DNA of 54,467 nucleotides, filler included, from Sluysia triapertura (Eukaryota): NCBI GenBank assembly GCA_046118255.1. It is 4 parts of 4 records of this genome, joined end to end, with 100 filler letters (N's around TTAATTAATTAA, not from the genome) between each part and the next. Parts side by side here need not be neighbours in the genome. Positions count along the whole stretch, not along the records: positions 34,799 to 54,467 come from JBJNIA010055439.1; 3 more parts are not named here. One strand, 5' to 3'. Shown piece by piece: positions 40,799 to 51,772 of this stretch (position 1 is its first letter; each line of letters starts with the position of its first letter). The notes under the pieces were generated by a model. It saw only the letters and a program-made list of their open reading frames with translations, ran no database searches and was not told where the DNA came from. The position numbers and the translations under genes were made by a program.

Positions 40799-41143
40799 CG
40801 CTAGCGAATATTAATCATAATTAGCATTAGTCATTTAAAGTTTAATCAATGGAGACCAAAAAAGCATGTATGCATATTGAAAGATTATTCATTGGTTATT
40901 TTTACAAAGAGTAAATGCATATTTATGGAGTGTAAGAAATCAAGAGAATCCAATCAGAATCTAAATTGATTGCATCCAATCATGAAGAGTCATTCAAAAT
41001 TTATATAAGTTGTCAAATAACCAATGCATTTTTCCTGCCTTATGATAGTGAAGAGTGACAATATTTTTCCTAGTGGTAAAGTTTAAAAACGCACAATTCG
41101 CTAAGGTAGTAGAAAAAAGTAAACATGATTTGGTGTCTCATAA
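40799..41143 (+). pseudogene. Decayed TBP-like ORF, copy 1
   Basis: ISHLKFNQWRPKKHVCILKDYSLVIFTKSKCIFMECKK..IDCIQS..NLYKLS..IFPAL..FPSGKV. Confidence 0.6.
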
Positions 41144-42581
41144 ATGGATAATTTCAATTTAAAAAATTAGCTTATAATTTTATCAATTATTACGAATCAA
41201 ATGGATTTGCTACAGTGTTACATTTAGTATAATACAGCCGAGATGGAGAAATTACAAATCCCTGCTGAGAGTCCACAAATTATAGGACAATTGGAGTCCA
41301 AAAAGTAAAATGTCGACCCATTAGAAGTCATCATACTTGATGAAAAACAAGACCAATATCAACGGAGTCTTTTAATTGTAAGTATTTCATTTATAAGTTT
41401 ATTGAATTTTATTTACTTTTAGATGTTACAAATGCTATGAAGCTATTCGTCCTTCTAGAGCATATAGGAAAACATTGGAAAATTCCTTCTATAATAATTG
41501 ATACGATAATTATCCGAAGAATATGACAGATAATCTGAGTACCATAAAAGAAAGATTGGCAGAATAAGTAACAAATCCGCCAAATATTGGATTAAATTGA
41601 AGAAATAAATAAAGAAATTGAATCCCTGGTAGCAATCAGAAGGAACAGGAAACAGTACCTGGACAACACAAAGGCTGCAATAGACACCAATTTATCCGGC
41701 ACAGCTTCTCCGTGATACCCATATTGAAATCATAATGACGGACCATTATCACAATTAATTTTTTCTTTGTTTTGTTTTTAAAAATATATATATATTTCGG
41801 TCGAAAATTTTTTTATTTTATCATGAGTTTTGAGATATAAAAGATTCGTTGTAGTCCCTAAAAACGTGAATTCACGTCATCCGTCTTCGTTGTATTAAGA
41901 CACCAGACATGTTCAAAATAATGATAACTTATTTTTTATATTCGAATATTATTTTGAAATATTATTTTGTAGATAAAAGCCATAGATATAGTGTTAGCAA
42001 TGAGACAAAATATTTGGATGAATTCAATTATAAAAATTTTGAAATTCGCATGACTATATTTAACATATAAATGTGAACATTTAAATAACTTATAGATAAA
42101 TGTTTTAAATATAAATGAATGTGATATCAACGATAAGGGGAATTATTTTTAAAAATCCATTTATTGATGTATTATATAGAAATAAGTGTACTAGCAAAAA
42201 AATTATTAATTTATTATTAGAGAACGAAAATATTTTCATAATGTAGCAATCAAGGACTTAAATAAGTTTCTTAATGTAGACATATGTACGCGGTGTACAG
42301 TGTTTAAGAGTTTAAGGCAGATATCTCATTTAATCATATTAAGTTATGCAGTAGAAATCTTGACAGAGATAATTGTATACTTTGCCAATTGATAACAAAT
42401 GTAAATTTCCTGACCACAGTAAATCAATATCACCACCATTTGTTATTTGTTTTTTGACTTAAATTAATGACGTTCCCGTTACTGCTATTTTAGTTACTAT
42501 TATTTTATTATTATTTTCATTTATATTATGATTATATTAAATTATTTTATATTTGATTTATAGACAAAAAATATTACAAAC

Positions 42582-42753
42582 TTAATTTATGATCAACATT
42601 TTCTTTTACTTTCAGTTTAATTACATTTTTACATCCTTCTCTTTTATTTGACAACCAATTTTCGTTTTGGAATTCCCACTTTTTATTGGTTTGTTTATTT
42701 TCCAATATCATCCAATCAGGTAACCATTCGTCATTTTCGTTTTGACATTCCAA
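42582..42753 (-). CDS. Multi-PLAT protein, exon 3 (second half of first PLAT domain)
   Basis: LECQNENDEWLPDWMILENKQTNKKWEFQNENWLSNKREG completes the PLAT domain (W..D...I..F....WL); AAG acceptor, A|GTTTGT donor. Confidence 0.78.
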
Positions 42754-43970
42754 CTTTATAAAAATTAATTATTAATAATATTATTTATACAAATAACAAC
42801 AAAATTATTGATATTAATTTATTCATGAAGCAGTTCATCTTCTTATGTAGTAGTAACTATATTCTTACAGGTATGATATATTTTTGATATCATACTTAAA
42901 TTAAATAAACCCTATGTTCCATGTTTGAAATCCAAATAGAATCAACATATTTTTAAAAACAACTAATCATTGCTAAATAATTTTCGAAATAATATTCAAT
43001 AGCATACACGAAGGTATTTGAAGTAACCATTTATTTAAATAATTAATAATTTTACTTTGATTATTAATGAAGTAGAAAATTATTTTATTAAATATTTAGA
43101 TAAAAAGAAGTTTTTGATGATATTTTAACCCTTCAAATCATGACTATATTTTGTAATTAAACGCATAAATAATTACAATCTTTTTAAAACTGAAAATTGA
43201 TTTCAAATTACTTAACTTGCTTTAATATTTTCGAGTTTTTGTGTGTAACAATACCTTTTTGTAACCAACAATGTATATATTTATCAAATAGTAATTTACA
43301 AGCCTACTCATCTTCGATCTTATCTAAACCTTGAAATAAACATTTATTAATTTTTTAAATATTAATTTTAAAAAATATTAAATCGATCACAAAAATGCGA
43401 ATTATAAATAACTAAACGGCTTGTTAAAGCTGTTAGGGTTGCTGAAAAATAAGATGCGAACAATAGCGTCTTTAGTTTGTAATTTAAAGAAAAGTGAGCG
43501 CGAAATGGACAATAATTAAAAAAGTAAAATAAATATCGTGACATAATGCTCTCATTAGTTAGTTGTGTTTGTAGTGTGGTGTCACGGCTATCCATAATAA
43601 TTTCGTTATCCTTAACTTTCATAAAATTTCCCATTCACCCTTTTCCTACTCTTCCACATTTTGCATAAACAATAAATAATATCCTATAAACTCTAAATAT
43701 CACGTCAAATCACTTATATTAATAGTGTAACTTCCGAACGAACTTTCCATTTCAAAATCATAGTCCCTTTCCCTCTGATTATCATTCACATCATCATTAT
43801 CATCACTATTCGCATTATTTCTACTGTTTTTGTTATTCTATTATTTTTATCATTTTATTATTTTATTATTTTTACTATCTTTATTATTTTTATTATTATT
43901 TTTATGTTTTTGTTTCAATATTCAACATTCAATTAAAACACGTTTGCAAATTAAAAGATCATTTTAACAT

Positions 43971-44309
43971 TTGTTTTACTTCTTATTAATCAATTATGCC
44001 TTGGAAAGTTGTCATAAAATTTATTATGTCATTGGAGATAGCATATATGTAGTTGGCAGACAAGGAGTAGATATAGAAGTCAATGATAAGTCCGTTAGTA
44101 GAAAGCACGCCGAAATAGGCATTGAAAATGAAAGCAATTTCTTATACTTGAAAGATACGTCGAAGTATGGAACCTACATAAATCAAACATATGTAAATAA
44201 AAATGAAGAATTATGTTTCGATGGTGATTTAATTCAGTTTGGTTGTCAACCTGGAGTTTATTTTAGGTTCTGCAGAATAAGACTAAACATCATAATTAAA
44301 TCAATTTGA
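43971..44309 (+). pseudogene. NBN: Nibrin-like FHA domain fragment (no ATG, truncated)
   Basis: YVVGR..NDKSVSRKHA..LKDTSKYGTYIN..GDLIQFG matches the NBS1 FHA domain; the frame breaks near 44305 and runs into a dispersed repeat. Confidence 0.7.
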
Positions 44310-46231
44310 TTCTGAAATTTTAAATACTTATGTTAAAGAAATTTAGCTTACTAATTAAAAAGGAATTTGGATTATTAATACAGAATAAACGTCCATTACG
44401 AGTATATACTAGATGTATAAAATACTAAACAGTATCCAGGCATATTGGCTATATTAGCTGCCAATTTATAATTCATTGAAACAACTGATAAAAATTTCAT
44501 AATTTTATTTCATTATTAAAAAATCATTTTTAATACAATGAGATTAAAATTGTTACAGATTATTCTATAATGAAATTTGTCCTTATGAATGAGGTTGAAA
44601 CGCATCTAAATAAATGTTTTATGGTCGAAATTACGAATCGTAATGTACAAGTAATGACGTGTTGCATTAACCATCATATATGTGATATTCAAGTCGACAG
44701 TACTTCAATCTCGTTCAATATTAGAGCTAATTTTGTTCAGTTACTAGTTTAGAGGAAGCATAAAATAATTGCTTTAATTTTTCGATCCATACAAACAAAT
44801 CACATCGAAATTTCAATACATTCATTGCCGATAGTATCAATAAATTTAGCTACATTTACTCAATTTGGAATTTTCTCCGGAAAGTGAAAATAAGAGATAA
44901 AATTTTACAATTCGGTTCTTCTTGTTCCTGTCTAGAAAACTGCAATAATGTTCAGGTTTCAACATAATCAAGTATATGTGAAGGTTATAATCTACAATCA
45001 AGTAATTCGAATGAGATATTTATGCATATAATCACAGAATTATATATTCAATTTTGAACCTAAACCCTGTTTTTTAAATTAATAAGTATAATAATGAATT
45101 TTTAGAACCACTATATGAACAGTTTCATTTCCATGAAGGTCGAAAAGTTCTTAGGTTCATTGAACGCAGTATTGTTAAGTTTAGACAATTCAACAGAGGA
45201 CTCAAGAATTAGTTTTGAATACGTTTCAAGTAAATTAAATTAAATTCAATCAGTTTAGTAATTGATACATGTAAAAATATCAAATTATTTGTTAATGTAT
45301 TTTAATCTCGCGGGCATTGGCTTACTGATTTAATCGCGCGCACAATTTGTGAATATAATGTTAAATTTAGTTGATTCGTTTTTTTATTAGATCATTATGA
45401 TTGTTTGAGTGTTTATTATTTATTGGATAGAGATTTGTAAGAGTTATATTATATTTACTACTGAAACCATGAATAAAACAATTTTGAGGTAAATAAAATA
45501 CTAAAAATTAACAGTCGATACCATCTAATATGTACCAGATTGGTGTACGTGTGCCATTTTTGTCTTTCTTAATGCCAGTAGTTTTCACAATAATGCAGTA
45601 ATATGGTCGTAGAGCAAATTCTTCCCATTATTCTTGTGACACATTCAGAACATTAGTTTGATCATTAACTTTAGTATAAGGATGTTCTGGAATTACGTTT
45701 GGTACGTTGAATTTGTTTAATATTTCATTTAGTGATGTTATATCTTTACTTATTTCAAATAAAATATCACCAATTTGTAATGACAGGATTTTTGCACGTG
45801 ATTTAAATTTGTAAATTATATCTTGTAGAAAGTACATTTCATATGAGTTAAACATTCTAGGCTTTTCGTTTATTGGTGTTTCATCGTTCATAAATGAATT
45901 GATTAAATTATCTAATTCTATATCAAATATATATGTATGAGCCTAAATTTTTCGTTTCGATATTTTTCATACAATTTTAATACGCCAGTCGAATTTGACA
46001 TTCCAACCAATTTTAGTATGCTGGCCAATTTTGCTACACCAGACGATTATGGTAAAATTGATATTGTTCTATCAACCTTGATAGAACAATACGAAAATGA
46101 TGAGCCTGTTTATACACACATTTTAGTATGTCTGCATGGGCATACATAAATTTCTTTGTTAATATGTGTGAGTAGAAAGATTTACGCGTAATTAAATAGA
46201 TACAAAGAAATCATTTCAGCGTTTTTACGTC

Positions 46232-46652
46232 ATGCTAACAAATGTTAATTGCAGGTGACATTAGTCATTTAAAATTTAATCAACGGAAGCCAAAATAGTA
46301 TGTATGCAAATTAAAAGATTATTCATTTGATATTTTTGCATATGGTAAATACAAAATTATAGGGTGTAAGAAACCGAGATAAAATATTTCATATCCAATC
46401 AGAATTTAAATTGATTGCATACAATCATGCACAGCTACATTCAAAATGGAGGAATCAATTAATTTATAACAGCTATCAACCAAGCTTGGTAACCGATACA
46501 TGTTTGAACCTGAAATTTTTCCTAATCTATGTTATTTGAAATACAGTCCTTTGTAGGTAATTATTTTTGTGCTTGGCATTAAAAGCTTTCAATTCGCTAA
46601 GGTGGTACAAAAAATTAAAAATGAATTGGATAATTTCAAGTACCACAATTAG
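46232..46652 (+). pseudogene. Decayed TBP-like ORF, copy 2
   Basis: MLTNVNCR/GDISHLKFNQRKPK*YVCKLKDYSFDIFAYGKYKIIGCKK..IQSCTATFKMEESINL*QLSTKLGNRYMFEPEIFPNLCYLKYSPL*VIIFVLGIK; FEPEIFP parallels TBP YEPELFPGL. Confidence 0.7.
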
Positions 46653-47581
46653 TATATAAATTAGTGCAACAAGAAAATCATTTTATTACTTTTTATCAAA
46701 TTCATTAAAATCATTCTTTTCAAATGGATCTTCTACAACATTACAATCAGAAAAATAGCTTTCAGAAATTCGGCCGATATGGAGAGACCACAGAGCACCG
46801 CTTGGATCAACATATTATTTAACCATTTGAAAGTATTATAATTTCATTAATAGATTCAATATATGCACGAAATAACAAGTCGAAATGATATTCAAGGATT
46901 TAATATCCATGTACTTGTAAAACATAATAAAGAAATGTTCATTTTGCAAACAAATTACAGAATTTTATTTTGAAATCTGTCAACAATATTTTCCGTGGTT
47001 ATTGTTTCAATGTATATATTTTTAATGATTCACTTAGTAATATTAAACATTATCGCATTAATATTTGGAATCATATTTCAACGACTTTTAATTTATCTTA
47101 TGAATTTATAACATTTTCCGTTAAATTGAATTTTAATATGTGAATAATAATGTTTAACTGATGAATTAATCACTAACAATTTGGAAAGTACACGGGTATA
47201 TTGGACCAAATATTAAAAGATATTTAATTTACAGAAATAGATTGTAAATAAAATTTCTTTAAAAGCACGCGATTTTGTGGAAAGCTCCTAATACAAATAA
47301 GAAATTTATGGAACAAGTTTCCAATAATTTAGTTAGGTATAAATAATTTTATATCAATTCATTGAACAATTTAGATTTGTGTGCATATACTGCATTAAAT
47401 ATTTGTGAAATTTTGAATTTTGTAGAAATTTAGGTCGAATTTAAAAAATTCCATTTTAAATGATTTTAGAGAAGTAATATAAAATTTTTTGTGATTAATT
47501 AATTAATATTTCATTGTTACATTTTACATCTTAATATTTAATATAGCATTTTCCAAATTTTAATTATATCATAAATTTTAC

Positions 47582-47920
47582 TTTAATATTAATTCCAACA
47601 ACATCATCAATAAGAACTTCTTTAAAATAGAAATAATCTACAGAACCAGCGCATAAATAAAACTGTTTCGTGCCAAAATATTTGTTTAATGCAATAGGTT
47701 GTGATGATTCTGTTTTACCAATTATTCTTAAAAATACAGGTGATCTTGTGCCACAATCGTCTTTTTTACGATAACATGTTTTTATTGTAAACTTATATAA
47801 GCAAGACTTCTTTTTCTCTAAGTTTTTTAATTTTTCTTCCTTTTTTCTAGTTTTTTCTGCAATATCTAAACGTTTTTCCTTTGTAGTTTTAGAATATCCC
47901 ATTAAATGTTTAGGAATTTT
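47582..47920 (-). CDS. Multi-PLAT (LOXHD1-like architecture) protein, exon 2
   Basis: YKFTIKTCYRKKDDCGTRSPVFLRIIGKTESSQPIAL..AGSVDYFYFKEVLIDDVVGINIK is the first half of a PLAT domain; phase 0/0. Confidence 0.85.
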
Positions 47921-47959
47921 CTAAATAACAATTATCGATTCAATAATATGAAATTATAC

Positions 47960-48298
47960 TTTTTTTGAAAATTTATTTATATGATTTCTGTATTCCAATA
48001 AATTATCATCAATGATTACTTTATAATTACATTTTTCACAAAAAGTTCTTGCACCTCGAAAATTATCATCATCATTAAAATCAGTAGATTTTAATGCAAA
48101 ATGAAATTTTTCAAAATCTTCTTTGTTTGTTAATAATGTATTTCCGAAAAAACCAGATTTAGGTCTTAGGTTTATCTTTTGATTAGGAATTTGACTAACT
48201 GCATCGTTATATAATTTAATATCTAATAATCTTGAGTTGCGTTCTTTCAATAATTTTAATTGTTTTTGTTGGTTTTCACAAAATTTACGAAAATCCAT
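47960..48298 (-). CDS. Multi-PLAT protein, exon 1
   Basis: ATG at 48298, 113 codons, then a 39-nt GT-AG intron (47959-47921) joining in frame to exon 2. Confidence 0.8.
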
Positions 48299-49545
48299 TT
48301 TATTTAAAGATTAGTTATTTACTGAAGTCTTACCAACACATTATTTAAACAGCTTATAATCATTTACGTACACAGAATATTTACATAAAATCTATTTTTG
48401 AAATTTAAAAATTAATGAAAATCTAATTCAATTGTGAAAATATAGATAAATTATAATTTTTCTATTATATTATTTATTATTGCATATACTGTTAACACTC
48501 ACACTCAATTTTGTAATGGAAAATGTTTAAGGTTCTCATTCCAAAACAAACAATTTTACAAACATTTCAACCTCACTTTTTAAATCTCCTATTTCAAAGC
48601 AATCACTCCATACCAAACTCATAATCTCTTTATCATTATTAATTAAATATTAATTAAAATTCGACTTTGCTCAATGTAGAGGCTTTCCTCCCATGAACTC
48701 GGTCAAACCTTATCTTCATCGAAAGGTCTCTTTAAAACACATACATGTATAATTAAAGTATAATTAATGTATAATTAATGTATAATTCCTCATTCAAAAG
48801 TTATTTACATAAACGTAATTTTCCTTAATTAAGTTAATTAAGATTTTAATTAATTAATTAATTAATTTAACTTATTATATTTTAAGTTTAAAGGTGTTTT
48901 AATGGTTATAAAATTGTTAGATACTTTAAAAGGTATTCAGGAGGCTCTACATGTTTTTACCTTCACCACTCTGATTCCTTTTTCTACTTTTTCAGTTTAA
49001 TTATTAATATATTAGATTTTTTTAATATCATTAACCATAATTTTAATCTTTGAACATTTCAAAGATTCCAAACTTTTACAAGGTTACTCAAAGGTCTCAA
49101 AAGTTTATTAAGATCTTAAATGTCTTGAAAGATTCCGAAAGATCAACAAGATCATTCAACAAGGTCTAAAATACTCCAAAGGTTCAGAAATTCAAAGGTA
49201 TCATCATACTTCAAGACATTTTTCCAAACCTTACTTAAGTCTTCATAAGGGTTTCAATACCCTGCAAAGGTATTTGGAACTCCAAGGTATTCTTCGGTTT
49301 CAAAATGATTATAAACATTTCACTATTCACTAATTATGCTTTTATTGTCATATTTCAACTATTTTATATCATTTTTCTCATATTTTATACCATAATTGGA
49401 CAATCCCAACAATATCTCTTAGTAACAATTAGCAACAAAAATAAGTATAAATATAAGTTTTATTTTGATAATTTTTTAGAACTTAATATAGCATGATAGT
49501 AAAGTTAATTGAAGATCACCAACGAAAAATAACTAATATTACAAT

Positions 49546-49832
49546 TGTTTGGGTAAAAAATTAATTTGTTAGACGGGGCTGATAGCTCAGTGATAGAGAA
49601 ATCGAACTGTGCTGCGATGGTTCCGGGTTCGATCCCCGGTCAGTCCATTTCACGAAGTCTAACATTTGGTGAGCCCATATATCGAATACCCTTCTGATGT
49701 TGAATTAAATAATTTATAAGATGTTTGAGGACAAACATAATTGAATTGGGTGAGATATGTTGGGGTAAAAGGCCTAAAGTGCCATTTCGTAAAATAGACT
49801 GTAATAAAATAAATTTGTTAGACGGGGCTGAT
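49546..49832 (+). mobile_element. Two-LTR tRNA-containing TRIM (3' LTR truncated)
   Basis: 5' LTR 49546-49664 (TG..AACA, internally deleted), PBS TGGTGAGCCCA at 49667, PPT GAATTGGGTGAGATA at 49743-49757, 3' LTR from TGTTGGGG at 49758. Confidence 0.88.
49576..49647 (+). ncRNA. tRNA-Ala-derived Pol III cassette inside the TRIM LTR (not a canonical tRNA)
   Basis: Acceptor stem GGGCTGA/TCAGTCC+A, A box TAGCTCAGTG, T arm CCGGG-TTCGATC-CCCGG; anticodon stem does not pair. Confidence 0.75.
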
Positions 49833-51114
49833 TTTAAAATATTAAATTTGTTTTTATTTAAGGTATTTTAATATCATTTAGGGAAAGTCTCCCTCGACTA
49901 TTTTATTTTAAAATATTGAATGTATTTTTGTTATTATCACTTAGTACGAAACTCCATTTACAGTTTATTCTTTTAAGATATGATAGTTATCCAACATTAA
50001 TATTTTAAAATTCCTGGATATTGATATTATTATTCTGTTGCGTCACTCCTAGTTTTTTTAGACTGTCATATTCTCGATACTATATACGTTATTGCTAATT
50101 CTGTAGTTTTAATTATTTTATTGTTGCTAGTAAAGACTTATAATCATTAAATTATTGAATTGTTGTTTATTTTGTTTTATAACACTTAACTTTTGGGTTG
50201 AATAAATAACATTATCGAAATAAGGAAAATTGTGATAATTTTATATTGAATTTAGTGAATAATTATTATTAATTATAAAGACGCAACACTTAGTTTCACT
50301 TAACACTTCTATTGTAAGATTATATTTCAAGCTCAGATTACATGCTTTTTTCTGTAGGAGTTGGATTAATAAATTTCGATGAACGTCATTTATTATTCGT
50401 TGGACGAACTCGTACCATCATTGCTCGATATTTTTCTCCAATATGGAATGTGATGTACTTGTGATGGGCAGCACCATAACGCAAAATTTCAAACACTTCA
50501 CAACACAACTAAATAACTTAAAACATTAAATGTTAATAACTTAAAAACTCTTCATTTAAAAAGTTCAAAATTTTATAAAAATGAAATTTATACAAAAACA
50601 AGCTCAACTCTTCCTTATTCTCTACCACAATTTTTTCGCTCACTCTCACTTCTTCCTCAACCTTCCTCATCCTTTTAACTTACATTTTTTAACTCTCCTT
50701 ATATTCAGCCACCAACTATGGAAAACATATTTCGAAAATGCCAAATCTTTCCGAAAACACAACACAAATAATTCATTTGACGATAAAATGGTAATGCGTC
50801 AAATGTCAGCACCTACATCAAACGGAGTATCAACTTTAAGTTATAATTCAAAAGATATTAAAAAAATAAAATGTGACGATATAAACAATTATAATAATAC
50901 AAAGCAATCACATATTTCGTCAATCCTAACTGTCAGGATGCATCTAAAAATAATTAATGCAAATAATAATAATAAAAATATAATAATAATAAATAATAAT
51001 AAAAATAATAATAATAATATTTTAATAATAATAATAAATTAGACTTACTTCAAATATCACTCCTAAATGAAGAATAAAAATGAGTAACTACTTTATTTCT
51101 TCTGCTCTTATGAA

Positions 51115-51772
51115 CCGTTAAAATTAAAATAATTAAAAAGTGAACTTAAGTCACAACAATCATTTAAAAAAAATCGTTTGAAAACTCTGAAGGTCAAGTT
51201 CAAACTATTTTCATTATTTTGGAGCGTATAGCCAAACGTTCAAAATGCCTCAGAGACGGTGATTTTGTTAAGGAGTGCATGTTAAAAACTGCAAAAGTAC
51301 TCTTTCCAGAAAAAGTCAAAACTATTCAAGGCATTTCATTAACTGTGAAATTGTGTTGCTGAGAGAATTAATGATATCACTACTAATATTAGTCAAAATC
51401 TTGAAAATAAGTCGAGAAATATTCAACATTTTTCAATTGCAGTTGATGAAACTACGGATATTACCGGCCAAGTGCAACTTTATTCATGCTTGTGACAAAG
51501 ATTTTACTGTGACTGAAGAACTCGAAATTTTATCTCTTAAAAACACAACTACACGTCAAGACATTTTTGAATTCGTCAAAGAGCTTTTAAGTAAATATAA
51601 TCTTCTTTTATCCAAATTAGTATGTGTAACTGCAGACGGTGCCAAAGCAATGACAGGAAGAAAAAATGGATTTATAGCTAAATTATTAGCTAAATAACAC
51701 GATATTTCTCAAGATAATCAATTTCACCCTGCTCATTGCATCATATATGAGGTGATACTGTGTTCCAAAGTT
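51115..51772 (+). mobile_element. Decayed hAT transposase (GTF2IRD2/SPIN/Charlie-like)
   Basis: DGDFVKECML, FSIAVDETTDITG, LVCVTADGAKAMTGRKNG, HCIIY motifs with frameshifts. Confidence 0.88.

Noticed and set aside
46232-46652. Stop-codon reassignment (TAA/TAG read as Gln) suggested by in-frame stops
   Set aside because: Conserved host exons (Misato, ANKAR, DNAH6) have no in-frame TAA/TAG, use CAA/CAG for Gln, and Misato ends in TAA. The stops are confined to decayed elements.
49576-49647. Functional tRNA genes at the tRNA-like repeats
   Set aside because: The anticodon stem does not pair, copies are diverged, and all share non-tRNA flanks of a mobile element.
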